Positions 50,265 through 59,455 of a stretch of 62,935 nucleotides of DNA are shown piece by piece. This DNA is from Rubrobacteraceae bacterium (GTDB lineage Bacteria > Actinomycetota > Rubrobacteria > Rubrobacterales > Rubrobacteraceae): positions 1 through 62,935 of the forward strand of contig JBARZM010000115.1 in the NCBI GenBank assembly GCA_049650095.1, in the 5' to 3' direction. A model generated the notes under the pieces. It was not told the DNA's origin. It did not search any database and worked only from the letters and a program-made list of their open reading frames with translations. How positions within the stretch are numbered: the first letter of the stretch is position 1; each line of letters opens with the position of its first letter. Both the position numbers and the translations under genes were made by a program.

Positions 50265-50816
50265 TTAGGCTGGGAAGACTTCCTCCACCGCTGCTACTAT
50301 CTCCGCCTCGTCCGCGAGCCGTCCGATACCAGGCTCCTCTTCGGAGGATGCCATGGCGCCCTTTGCCGGGCCGACGAACCGGTGTCCCCAGCTTTCGAGC
50401 GTCGCAACATTACGCTTTGTCGCGGGGTTGCCCCACATTTCCGGGTTCATGGCCGGGGCCCAGAAGACTTTCTTGGCGCCGGCGAGGATGGTGGCGGAGA
50501 TCAGGTCGTCCCCGAGTCCAATCGCCGCGCGGGCCATTGCGTCGGCGGTGGCGGGGGCTACGAGTACGAGGTCGGCCCAGCGGGCGAGGCTCACGTGTTC
50601 GACCCTGCCGGACTCTTTCCACCAGGTTTCGTTCGTGTGGACCCGGCCCCCGGCGGCTATCGCAAGGGTTTCTTCCGGAATAAAGCGGAAGGCGGCGTCT
50701 GTGGCGGCGGCCTTTACTTCGTAGCCGGCTTCCCGGAGGCGGCGGATCACGCCCGGCGCTTTGTAAGCCGCGATGCCGCCGGTTACTCCCACGAGTATTC
50801 TGAACGAATTGGTCAC
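50265..50816 (-). CDS. HFCD-family flavoprotein (phosphopantothenoylcysteine decarboxylase CoaC-like, stand-alone)
   Basis: 183 aa with ILVGVTGGIAAYKAP, VAPATADAMAR and PAMNPEMW motifs. Confidence 0.75.
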   Translation of the reverse strand: MTNSFRILVGVTGGIAAYKAPGVIRRLREAGYEVKAAATDAAFRFIPEETLAIAAGGRVHTNETWWKESGRVEHVSLARWADLVLVAPATADAMARAAIGLGDDLISATILAGAKKVFWAPAMNPEMWGNPATKRNVATLESWGHRFVGPAKGAMASSEEEPGIGRLADEAEIVAAVEEVFPA

Positions 50817-51075
50817 GGTGAGAGTTTATCTGACTTCCCGCCTCCGAACTAAAACTATTCGCAATGGCTCCACGGTGGGACGGGTAGATTCGGTGCCGGC
50901 GCCATGTTCACTCCTTCGTGCCCGATGCCCGGTGCGCGACGCCCTACCGATCCCGGCGCGTGGCGCGGTGAGGCGATCTGCGCCATAATGCCAGGCGAAG
51001 CTAGGCGAAGGAAGCGGCCAACGACGGCCGGGGAACAGCACCGGGGCACGGGAGCCCCTAGGGAGGCGGCGATAC

Positions 51076-52500
51076 ATGGCACAGACGGAACAGGCACCGC
51101 AGGAGACCCGGGACGACTACTATCTCGGCAGAGCCATCCACCTGGCCACGGTCGCCGCCCTCGGCGGCTTCCTGTTCGGCTTCGACACCGCGGTCATCAA
51201 CGGCGCCGTCGGGGCTATCGAGGGCGGCTTCGAGATCGGCGCCGGCCTGCTCGGCTTCGTCGTCTCTTCGGCGCTGCTCGGGTGCGTAGCCGGCGCCTAC
51301 CTGGCCGGGCGGCTGGCCGACCGGATCGGCCGGATCCGGGTCATGGTGCTGGCCGCTTCCCTGTTCCTGATCAGTGCGATCGGCTCGGGTTTGGCCTTCG
51401 GCCCCTGGGACCTGATCCTTTGGCGGGTGGTCGGTGGCCTGGGGGTTGGTGCTGCCTCGGTGATCGCACCGGCCTACATTGCCGAGATTTCCCCGGCCTC
51501 CATCCGCGGCCGGCTCGGCTCCCTGCAGCAGATGGCCATCGTCACCGGCATCTTCATCGCGCTGCTCTCCGACTACTTCCTGGCTACCGCGGCCGGCGGG
51601 GCGGCTGAGCCGCTGTGGGGACTGACCGCGTGGCGCTGGATGTTCATCGCCGAGGTGGTGCCCGCGCTGGCCTACGGCGTGCTGGCGCTAACCATCCCGG
51701 AGTCGCCCCGGTACCTGGTTGCCAACCACGACGAACGCACCGCGCGCGGCGTGCTGGGCAGCGTCATGAAGCACGGCATCGACAACCGGATGAAGGAGAT
51801 CAAGCGCACCCTCGCCATCGACCGGAGGGCATCGGTGGGCGACCTGGTCAAGCCCGGTGGCGGCAACCTGCTGCCCATCGTCTGGATCGGGATCGCGCTG
51901 TCGGTCTTCCAGCAGTTCGTCGGAATCAACGTGATCTTCTACTACTCCTCGACGCTGTGGCGGTCGGTGGGCTTCACCGAGCAAGACGCGCTGATCCAGA
52001 CCGTGATCACCTCGGTCACCAACATCGCGGTCACTATCGTCGCCATCCTGCTTATCGACAAGATCGGGCGGCGCCGGCTGCTGACTATTGGCTCCACCGG
52101 GATGGCCCTGACCCTGGGGGCGCTGGCCTGGATCTTCGCCACCGCACAGCAGGAGGCGAACGCCCAGGGCGTGCTGGAGCCGGTGCTGAGCGATAGCGCC
52201 GGGGTCGCCGCACTGATCAGCGCCAACCTGTTCGTGGTCTTCTTCGGCATGTCGTGGGGCCCGGGCGTGTGGGTGCTGCTGGGCGAGATGTTCAACAACC
52301 GGATCCGCAGCACAGCGCTCGGTGTCGCGGCCGCGGCCCAGTGGCTGGCCAACTTCGCCATCTCCACGACGTTCCCGTCGTTCGCCAACATCGGGCTGGG
52401 GTTCGCCTACGGCTTCTACACGACCTTCGCGGTCCTGTCGCTGTTGTTCGTGCTTAAGTTCGTTCCAGAGACCAAAGGCCGAGAGCTCGAGGACATGTAA
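51076..52500 (+). CDS. MFS sugar porter family transporter
   Basis: 474 aa with GRLADRIGRIRV, PESPRYL and PETKGRELEDM signatures. Visibly higher GC3 (CTG/GCC/ATC bias) than neighbouring genes. Confidence 0.9.
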   Translation: MAQTEQAPQETRDDYYLGRAIHLATVAALGGFLFGFDTAVINGAVGAIEGGFEIGAGLLGFVVSSALLGCVAGAYLAGRLADRIGRIRVMVLAASLFLISAIGSGLAFGPWDLILWRVVGGLGVGAASVIAPAYIAEISPASIRGRLGSLQQMAIVTGIFIALLSDYFLATAAGGAAEPLWGLTAWRWMFIAEVVPALAYGVLALTIPESPRYLVANHDERTARGVLGSVMKHGIDNRMKEIKRTLAIDRRASVGDLVKPGGGNLLPIVWIGIALSVFQQFVGINVIFYYSSTLWRSVGFTEQDALIQTVITSVTNIAVTIVAILLIDKIGRRRLLTIGSTGMALTLGALAWIFATAQQEANAQGVLEPVLSDSAGVAALISANLFVVFFGMSWGPGVWVLLGEMFNNRIRSTALGVAAAAQWLANFAISTTFPSFANIGLGFAYGFYTTFAVLSLLFVLKFVPETKGRELEDM

Positions 52501-52536
52501 GATCCCCAGCCACCGGGTCCGTGCTGGATCACACGT

Positions 52537-52560
52537 CCCCGGCCTTCGTGGCGGCCGGGG
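52537..52560 (+). terminator. GC-rich hairpin after the MFS gene (possible tail-less terminator)
   Basis: CCCCGGCC-TTCGTGGC-GGCCGGGG, an 8-bp stem with no U-tract. Confidence 0.3.
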
Positions 52561-52666
52561 AACCATTTGGTCGGCCCGTCGAGATACTTGGTCTCGTGCT
52601 GCAGGCGCCGGACCAGCAGACTCTCATCCCGCACCACCAGGTCGTTGCCCTCCAGGTCGGCGCCGA

Positions 52667-52720
52667 TCATCCGGGCGCTTTGTAGGCCGCGATGCCGCCG
52701 GTCACGCACACGAGGATCTT
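52667..52720 (-). pseudogene. Remnant of the 5' end of a second coaC/coaBC-like flavoprotein gene
   Basis: The minus strand encodes KILVCVTGGIAAYKAPG followed by TGA. ~82% nt identity over ~50 nt to 50752-50800, the N-terminus of the intact flavoprotein gene. No start codon and the frame is not continued. Confidence 0.45.
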
Positions 52721-52757
52721 CTGCCACGCCGGTAGTATATCCCGCTAAGATAGGAAC

Positions 52758-53558
52758 ATGGAAAACACGGGAAACATCGAAAAGACGCTGAAAGACAGGG
52801 TTGCCATAGTTACCGGGGCTTCGAGTGGTATCGGGAAAGCCACGGCCCGGGCTTTGGCGGCCCGGGGCGCGGCGGTCGTGCTCGCCGCGAGGGACGAGGA
52901 GAAGATTCGGGCTCTCGAAGTAGAGATCCTGGCCTCCGGCGGCCACGCGCTCGGGATAAAGACCGACGTTTCGGACCGGGGTTCGGTGGATGCATTGGTA
53001 GCCCGAACCATCGCCGAGTTCGGGCTTCTGGACGTGCTGGTCAACAACGCTGGAGTCGGGCTCTCCGGCCGCGTGGCGGAGTTGCGGGCGGAAGACTTGC
53101 GGGACGTCTTCGAGGTAAACGTGGTCGGGGCGCTCAACTGCATCCAGGCCGCGCTGCCGCACCTCGGTGCGGGGAGCAGGATCATCAACGTCTCCTCGGT
53201 CGTCGGGAAGCGCGCCATCCCGAAAGTCGGCGGCTACTGCGCCAGCAAGTTCGCCCTCAACGCCCTATCGGACGCGCTACGCGTCGAGACCGACCGGGAC
53301 ATCTCCGTAACCAGCGTCTACCCCGGCACGACCGAAACAGCCTTCCGGGACAACTCGCGGCGCACCAAAGACGAGCAGCGGGGCTGGCGTCCGCCGGGCG
53401 TGACCCCGGACAAGGTAGCCGAGAAGATTGCCGACGCCGCGGAGAACGGCGGCCGGGACGTGTACGTGAGGTTCTCCGACCGGCTCTTCGCGGCGGGAAC
53501 CACGCTGTTTCCTGGCTTGACGGACCGGGCGCTCCGGCTGCTGCTGGCTAGGAACTAA
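52758..53558 (+). CDS. Short-chain dehydrogenase/reductase (SDR)
   Basis: TGASSGIG cofactor motif, NNAG, and catalytic YCASK. Confidence 0.9.
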   Translation: MENTGNIEKTLKDRVAIVTGASSGIGKATARALAARGAAVVLAARDEEKIRALEVEILASGGHALGIKTDVSDRGSVDALVARTIAEFGLLDVLVNNAGVGLSGRVAELRAEDLRDVFEVNVVGALNCIQAALPHLGAGSRIINVSSVVGKRAIPKVGGYCASKFALNALSDALRVETDRDISVTSVYPGTTETAFRDNSRRTKDEQRGWRPPGVTPDKVAEKIADAAENGGRDVYVRFSDRLFAAGTTLFPGLTDRALRLLLARN

Positions 53559-53561
53559 ACG

Positions 53562-54188
53562 TTGGGCTTCGAGGATAGCGCCCTGACCCGTCTCCGCCGC
53601 TACCGGGAGGAGGCCGACCGTTCCCTGGCCCTTACGCGCGAGGCCGAAGACGCCGCCCGCCAGTTCTCGGAGAAATTTTTCGGCGGGCTGGAATACACGG
53701 CGGCTCTCGGTCGTCAGGCCGGCTTCGAGGTAGAGACCGCCTACACGAGAAACGTCTTCAACCTGCGGGCCGCAGCCGGTCCGGGCTCGGAGGCCGAAGT
53801 GACCTTTGGCCTACTGCGCGGCGCGGCCGCCGAAACTGACGAGGACCTGATGCACGAGGGCCTCAGCCACTACAGCCTCGACCCATCCGGGTACTCGGGC
53901 CGAATCCTCGGGTGGTCCGGGGCCGCCGGTGAGGAGGCCTGCCAGACATTCTCCGTCTACCGCGACGGGATTTGGAGGACCAAGGGGCTGTTCGTGACGC
54001 TCGCCCGGGGTAGGGTGGATGATCCGGATGAAGTCGTAAACGGCTTTTGCCTGCGGATACTCGGGCGTCTCATAGACTTGGCCGCGCTCACCGGCGGCGC
54101 GGGGTTGGGTTGGGCTTCGGAACCGTATACCCTGCCGGAGCTCCTGGACGGGAAGGAGTCTCCCAAAAACCTGCGGTTTCCCCGCTAG
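53562..54188 (+). CDS. Hypothetical protein
   Basis: 208 aa, TTG start 3 nt after the SDR stop. No recognised domain. Confidence 0.45.
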   Translation: MGFEDSALTRLRRYREEADRSLALTREAEDAARQFSEKFFGGLEYTAALGRQAGFEVETAYTRNVFNLRAAAGPGSEAEVTFGLLRGAAAETDEDLMHEGLSHYSLDPSGYSGRILGWSGAAGEEACQTFSVYRDGIWRTKGLFVTLARGRVDDPDEVVNGFCLRILGRLIDLAALTGGAGLGWASEPYTLPELLDGKESPKNLRFPR

Positions 54189-54520
54189 TTTCCTGGCTCC
54201 CGGGCGGTTTCTCCTACGGGCCGCACTACATATCCCCCCGGGGCGGGTTCTAGAAGACCGTGCCGGGACAGTTCGTCGAAAGCCGCGGATATATCCTGGT
54301 CTGACGAAGCCTTGAGGGTATTGCGGAGGTCGTGGCGGTTGATCTCCCCGGTCCCCAAAAACGAACAGAGGCCTGTATAGAGGACGCGGGCCGCCGGGGA
54401 GAGGCCCGGTACGGTCCACACCTCCGGTTCGTACCAGAACTCTCCGGCCCCGACGGCGTTCGGCGGACGGCCGCCCCGGGCGTCGCCGAGGAGCGTCACC
54501 TCCGGAAGTTCCTTCTGCAT
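54185..54520 (-). CDS. Hypothetical 111-aa protein coupled to the beta-CASP gene (possible wHTH)
   Basis: Its ATG overlaps the upstream stop (TGATG). The C-terminal ISAAFDELSRHGLLEPAPGGYVV segment resembles a winged-helix wing. Confidence 0.5.
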   Translation of the reverse strand: MQKELPEVTLLGDARGGRPPNAVGAGEFWYEPEVWTVPGLSPAARVLYTGLCSFLGTGEINRHDLRNTLKASSDQDISAAFDELSRHGLLEPAPGGYVVRPVGETAREPGN

Positions 54521-56994
54521 CAGAGAACGGTGCGGACCGTCTCGCCGACGGATGGGGTGTGAATCTTGTGGTTCGGGGACAGGCGGTAGGCCAGGTCGCT
54601 AATACGCCGTTTCGCGCCGTGGATCAGGATGATCTGGCGCGGCGAGAGCTTCTCGGTGATGCCGATCAACTCATCCTGGGTGCAGTGGGCGGCGAAGCTG
54701 ACCCGCTCTACGCGCCACTCTTCTTCCTCGCCCGAGGCCCGGTGCCCCGCACCATAGGAGGCCGCGGCGTTGGACGGCAGGATGACCGCGTTCTTCTCAC
54801 TCTTTTCCAAGCGGCGCCGGTAAAACGCCGATGCCCCGCCCTGCATCGTCACCGGCGAGGCGATAACGGCGCACGGGTTCGTAAGTATGCGCTCCCGGGC
54901 TCTATCGTCGTTTGAGACCGCCCGGATGTTCTCCGAGAAGAACACTTCCCGGGGGTCGCTCTGCTGGAGGTATGGTTTCATGTACCCGATCTGCTCCGCG
55001 TATAGCCGCTCGGAGGTGGTGACCACCGACCCGTCGACGTAGATAAAAACGTCTCTGTCCAGGCCGTACTCCTTGCCGTAGTGTTTGAGGCCGAGGATGA
55101 TCTCCTGCGCCTGGCCCAGCGCGTAAGTCGGTATGAGCACCGTACCTTCCCGCTCCAGGATGGTGTCGTTTATGGTCTCGACCATCTTCTTTACGGACAC
55201 GGAGAACGGCTCGAACTGCTGGCTGGCCAACGTAGCCTCCATGATGAGCAAGTCTATATCGCTCACGTCCGGTAGCTGGGCCGAGGGGATGGAGAAGTGG
55301 TCTTCCATGCAGATGTCTCCGGTGTGGAACACCTTCGTGGCCCTGTTCTCCATGAAGACGCTAGCCGCCCCGAGGATGTGCCCGCTCTCGGTGAGCGTAA
55401 CCCGGGCGCCGCCGATCTCGATCGGCCGCCCGAACGGAACGGGTACGAGCCTTTTGCCGACCTCGTGGATTGGGGCGCCGCCGGAGACCCCGCCGCCCAT
55501 TGCGGCATGATCGTTGAGCGCGGCGACGATGAGCCGGGCCGAAGGCGGCGTACAGTAGATAGGCAAGTCGGGCCGGTCCCGAACCAACAGCGGCAGCGCC
55601 CCGCAGTGATCCAGGTGCGCGTGCGTTATGACCGCCGCGTCCAGCGATTCCACGGCCTTGAAGTCCGGCGCTACCGGCCCCCGCCCGTCCGGTTTTATCC
55701 CGGCGTCCACGAGCACCCGGGTATCCCCGAAGTCCAGCAGGTGGCTGCTGCCGCCTACTTCGCCAGCCCCGCCGAGAGCCCGGAAAGAAAGCGTGGGCCG
55801 GGGCTTGAACTCTATTCTGTCTACCGGGACGGCCCCGGCGAAGTCACGCCCCGGGCTGGCTAAAGAAGGGTCCGGCTCTTCGGGCTCCTCTTTCGGGCTG
55901 CCGGACCCCCGAGGAGCCCGGGCGCCGGAAGAACGCGGCTCCCGCAGCCCGTCGTGGGCCGAGAGCACCTTGCTCATGAACTCCAGAAGTTGGGCCGTGC
56001 GGGCGGCGGAGTCCAGATTGTTGGGCAAGGCGGCGACCTCGTTCTTCACCGCCCGGACCAAAAGGTCTCCGAAACCCTTGTCGGTAAACCGGGCGCTCTC
56101 CAGGGCGTCCCGGATACGGTCCCGCTCCTCCGAGACCCGGCCGAGCTCTTCGTGCAAGCCCTCGACGCGCTCCGCCGCCGAGGAGTAGGCTTTCCGCTCT
56201 CCTTCGAGGGCCCGCTCGAGATGCGCCCCCCGCCGCTCTAGCTCCGCGATGCGGCCTTCTAGCCGGGTCCGTACCTCTACCACCGAGTTGGCCTCTTTCT
56301 CGGCCGCCTCTACCCGCGAGGAGGTCTCCCGCCGCTCGTCGGTCAGCACCCGGACTTCTTCGGCCAGGGCGGAGGCCCGTTCGTTGGCGATGCGGGACGA
56401 GAACGTCAACTGCTCGTTCTCTTTCTTCAGGTTGTTCAACTCTTCCTGAAGCTCCTGGGTTTTGGCGTCCTTGAAAGCCTGCTTTTCGGCCTTTTTGTTC
56501 TCCTCCAGCCACTTCTCAAGCAGGATCTCCACCGTCTCCGGTGCCGCCTCTTCTTCTCTTGTCAGGGCGGCCATGAGAAGACCTTCCGTGGAGTGGACCT
56601 CGCTCAACTCCTCCAGGTTCTCTCCGGACAGTTCCTCCAGCGCCTCGAAGCTCTCCGGGGGGATTTGTTCCTGAACCGCCGAGCGAAACGCCCCCCAGGC
56701 CGCCGTATCCTGCCTTATGCGGCGCGAGAGCCCCCGTAGCATTTGGGAACTTCCGCCAGACTTGCGGGTCAGGGCATCGGCCTGGATACCCCGGGGAAGA
56801 AGGATCTCATCCAGCCCCGGCACGCTCTTGCACAACTCCGCCAGGGCCCGCCGGGTGTCCAAACGCCCGAGACGTCGCTGCAATAGTTCCTCCGGTAACC
56901 CTTCCGGGGGTATTCTCCTGGAGGATGACGACGTTTCTTGGCCTACAACTGACCCTGCCTCAGTTTCTCCGTCTTTGGGTTTGGAATCTGACAT
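54520..56994 (-). CDS. Coiled-coil N-terminal region fused to a metallo-beta-lactamase/beta-CASP nuclease
   Basis: 824 aa with GGAG 6 nt upstream of the ATG. Residues ~150-330 are heptad-rich (EELNNLKKENEQL...RIAELERRGAHLERALE). The C-terminal half has VLVDAG, THAHLDHCG, ESGHILGAAS, HTGDI, IMEATL and ILIHGA motifs. Confidence 0.8.
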   Translation of the reverse strand: MSDSKPKDGETEAGSVVGQETSSSSRRIPPEGLPEELLQRRLGRLDTRRALAELCKSVPGLDEILLPRGIQADALTRKSGGSSQMLRGLSRRIRQDTAAWGAFRSAVQEQIPPESFEALEELSGENLEELSEVHSTEGLLMAALTREEEAAPETVEILLEKWLEENKKAEKQAFKDAKTQELQEELNNLKKENEQLTFSSRIANERASALAEEVRVLTDERRETSSRVEAAEKEANSVVEVRTRLEGRIAELERRGAHLERALEGERKAYSSAAERVEGLHEELGRVSEERDRIRDALESARFTDKGFGDLLVRAVKNEVAALPNNLDSAARTAQLLEFMSKVLSAHDGLREPRSSGARAPRGSGSPKEEPEEPDPSLASPGRDFAGAVPVDRIEFKPRPTLSFRALGGAGEVGGSSHLLDFGDTRVLVDAGIKPDGRGPVAPDFKAVESLDAAVITHAHLDHCGALPLLVRDRPDLPIYCTPPSARLIVAALNDHAAMGGGVSGGAPIHEVGKRLVPVPFGRPIEIGGARVTLTESGHILGAASVFMENRATKVFHTGDICMEDHFSIPSAQLPDVSDIDLLIMEATLASQQFEPFSVSVKKMVETINDTILEREGTVLIPTYALGQAQEIILGLKHYGKEYGLDRDVFIYVDGSVVTTSERLYAEQIGYMKPYLQQSDPREVFFSENIRAVSNDDRARERILTNPCAVIASPVTMQGGASAFYRRRLEKSEKNAVILPSNAAASYGAGHRASGEEEEWRVERVSFAAHCTQDELIGITEKLSPRQIILIHGAKRRISDLAYRLSPNHKIHTPSVGETVRTVL

Positions 56995-57115
56995 CGGGAC
57001 TCCTTCCGCGAATGCGAATGTTATTCTGGGTCTTCATACGCGAAAGATTTTATCATGGACACCCTGGCCCACCCCCGGGCTTTCGCCGGGGAGAGAGGTC
57101 GTATACACTCCCCAC

Positions 57116-57382
57116 ATGACCGATAAAACAAAGGAAAACCACGTGAAAATACGGGCGATCTCACCCGGTCGCTATCCCATACTGGTCCTCGAAACACCGT
57201 CTGACGGGCTACGAATAGCCTACTACGAGACCGGATATGCCCTGGGGCAGACCAAGCCCGCCGAGGAAGATTGGCTTCGGGACAACGCCATCGGCCGCCA
57301 CAGCTTTACAGCGGTCGAGCCTCCGGTGGAGATCCAGGAAGACGCTGTAGAGGACTACGTGCGGCGCGAGATACTCGGGTAG
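57116..57382 (+). CDS. Hypothetical small protein
   Basis: 88 aa from ATG 57116. Alternative GTG 57143 follows AAGGAAAA. No motif. Confidence 0.4.
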   Translation: MTDKTKENHVKIRAISPGRYPILVLETPSDGLRIAYYETGYALGQTKPAEEDWLRDNAIGRHSFTAVEPPVEIQEDAVEDYVRREILG

Positions 57383-57404
57383 TTAGTAACGAAGCGGAGT
57401 TTGT

Positions 57405-59438
57405 CTAGCCATCCCGGGCCTCTTGCTGGGCCTCTTGCCGGGCCTCGCGGGCTTTTTCCTGCGCTCTCTGCCGGGCTTCGCGGGCTTTTTCCCGCTGTCT
57501 TTGTTGGGCTTCGCGGGCCCTTTGCTGAGCCTCTCTGTTCTGCCCGGCCTCCGGGCCGGACCCATTTTGTCGGGGCGCCGGCTGTTGGACGCCGGGGTCC
57601 GGAGCAGGCTCGGGTGGTGGGCCGGCGCTGTAGTTGATGGTTACCTTCTGGGCCCACGGGTCCAGCATAGTTCCACCCGCCGGGTCCGTGGAGACCACCG
57701 TGCCCGCCGGCTCGTCGCTCTCGATCTCGACGGGGGTATAGGCGAAGCCCGCGTTCCAGACGTTCTGCTGGGCCGTGCCGATATCCTGGCCGGTAACGTC
57801 CGGTACGGGCAACTCCTCGACCCCGTCGCTAACCGTGATTCCCACCACGGAACCGGATTCCACGCTCTCGCCGGCGGTCGGACTTTGGGCTATTATGCCG
57901 CCTTCCGCGACTTCGTTGCTGTAGGCTGAGTCCTGGCCGCCGAGTTCCAGGCCGGCGTCTTCCAGCATCGCCGCCGCCTCATCCGGGGTGCTGCTGTAAA
58001 GGTCCGGGACTTGCACGAGCCCGGGGCCGGAGCCGACGGTGATCTCCACCGTAGACCCGACATCGGCCGTTGCTCCGCCCCCGGGACTCTGGCCCACGAC
58101 CTGGCCCGTCTGGGCCGCGGCGCCCTCGCCCTGCGTTACCGTAGTCTCGAAGCCGGCATCCGAGAGCGCCGCCTCGGCCTCCTGCTGGGGGCTCCCTTCC
58201 ACCGGGGGGATCTCGTTCTGTCCGCTGGCGACGGTCGCCCGGATCTCCGAGTTTTCCTCGGCTTGGCCGCCCGAAGGGTTCTGGCTGAGGATCGTGCTCT
58301 CCGGCTGCTCGCTATTTTCTTCGCCGCCGCGCACGACCTCGAAGTTGGTAACCTGGCTCCGCGCTTCCTCCAGGGTCATGCCGGTCAGGTCCGGGACCTG
58401 GGTCATGGCCCCGGGCTCGCCGCCCCGGAGCGCGCCGTACCCGGCCCAGGCGAGGCCGGCCAAAAGCACGAGCGCCAGAAGCGCGAGAAGCAAGGGCGCG
58501 AACCTCCGCGGCTTTTTGGGCCGGCTGGAGGCGCTTCTTGCACCCGCCCCTGCCGCACCGGCGGTCGCGACAGGGGCCATCCGCCGCGTCATCTGCCGCG
58601 TGGTGGCGCCCGAAGGCTCGAAACCTTTGCTCGCCCGCCCGAGGTCTTCTATGAGTTGTTCGGTGTCCTGGTAACGGTCTTCCGGGTTCCGGGCGAGCAT
58701 CTTCACCGTAATGTCGTTTATCCCCTGGGGGATCGAAGGGTCCAACTCTATCGGTTCCCTGACGTGGCCGTTGACGTGCTTCATCGCGATGCCGATGGGC
58801 GTGTCGGCGTCGTAGGGCAACTCCCCGGTCAGCATCTCGTACAGGACGATCCCCAGCGAGTAGATGTCGCTGGAGGGGCCTACCGGCTCGCCCATGGCCT
58901 GCTCCGGGGAGAGGTAGTGGGCCGTCCCCAGGATAGACCCGGTGCGGGTCATCGTGGAGGAGGACGCGGCGCGGGCTATGCCGAAGTCCGTAACCTTTAT
59001 GTCGCCGGACTCGGTTATGAGGATGTTGTGCGGCTTTATATCGCGGTGGATAACCCCGCTGTCGTGGGCGGCCTTCAGGGCCTCGGCGATCTGGAGCGCA
59101 ACGGCCGCCGCCGTGCGGGCCGGCAACGCCCCGCGCTTTACGATGCGGTCCTTGAGCGTGCCGCCGGAGAGGTACTCCATGGCGATGTAGTAGGTGCCGT
59201 CTTCGGACTCGCCCCGGTCGAATATGGAGACGATGTTCGGGTGGGAGAGGGCGGCGGCGCTCTGGGCTTCGCGCCGGAAACGCTCGACGAATTCTTCGTC
59301 GTCGGAGTAGCGGCTGCTCAGGACCTTCAGGGCCACGTCCCGGTCGAGCACGTCGTCGTGGGCCATGTAGACCTCGGCCATGCCACCCGAACCGAGCCTG
59401 TCGGAGAGCCGGTAACGGTTGTCCACGAGGTTCTGCAT
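57405..59438 (-). CDS. pknB: Ser/Thr protein kinase with four extracellular PASTA domains
   Basis: Kinase motifs GSGGMAEVY, HRDIKPHN, DFGIA and SPEQA. One TM helix, four PASTA repeats and a charged repetitive C-terminal tail. Confidence 0.92.
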   Translation of the reverse strand: MQNLVDNRYRLSDRLGSGGMAEVYMAHDDVLDRDVALKVLSSRYSDDEEFVERFRREAQSAAALSHPNIVSIFDRGESEDGTYYIAMEYLSGGTLKDRIVKRGALPARTAAAVALQIAEALKAAHDSGVIHRDIKPHNILITESGDIKVTDFGIARAASSSTMTRTGSILGTAHYLSPEQAMGEPVGPSSDIYSLGIVLYEMLTGELPYDADTPIGIAMKHVNGHVREPIELDPSIPQGINDITVKMLARNPEDRYQDTEQLIEDLGRASKGFEPSGATTRQMTRRMAPVATAGAAGAGARSASSRPKKPRRFAPLLLALLALVLLAGLAWAGYGALRGGEPGAMTQVPDLTGMTLEEARSQVTNFEVVRGGEENSEQPESTILSQNPSGGQAEENSEIRATVASGQNEIPPVEGSPQQEAEAALSDAGFETTVTQGEGAAAQTGQVVGQSPGGGATADVGSTVEITVGSGPGLVQVPDLYSSTPDEAAAMLEDAGLELGGQDSAYSNEVAEGGIIAQSPTAGESVESGSVVGITVSDGVEELPVPDVTGQDIGTAQQNVWNAGFAYTPVEIESDEPAGTVVSTDPAGGTMLDPWAQKVTINYSAGPPPEPAPDPGVQQPAPRQNGSGPEAGQNREAQQRAREAQQRQREKAREARQRAQEKAREARQEAQQEARDG
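57438..57536. repeat. Three imperfect ~33-nt tandem repeats inside the pknB 3' end
   Basis: CCGGGCCTCGCGGGCTTTTTCCTGCGCTCTCTG, CCGGGCTTCGCGGGCTTTTTCCCGCTGTCTTTG and TTGGGCTTCGCGGGCCCTTTGCTGAGCCTCTCTG. They encode EKAREARQ(R/E)AQ-type repeats. Confidence 0.7.
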
Positions 59439-59455
59439 ATCAGGCCATTATACCG

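Noticed and set aside
52416-53162. 248-aa minus-strand ORF spanning the MFS 3' end, the coaC remnant and the SDR gene.
   Set aside because: It is antisense to a well-supported SDR gene and out of frame with the coaC-like remnant. It has no motifs.
57139-57150. CCACGTGAAAAT, a possible fourth parS.
   Set aside because: Only one half-site resembles parS. The other half does not match the palindrome.
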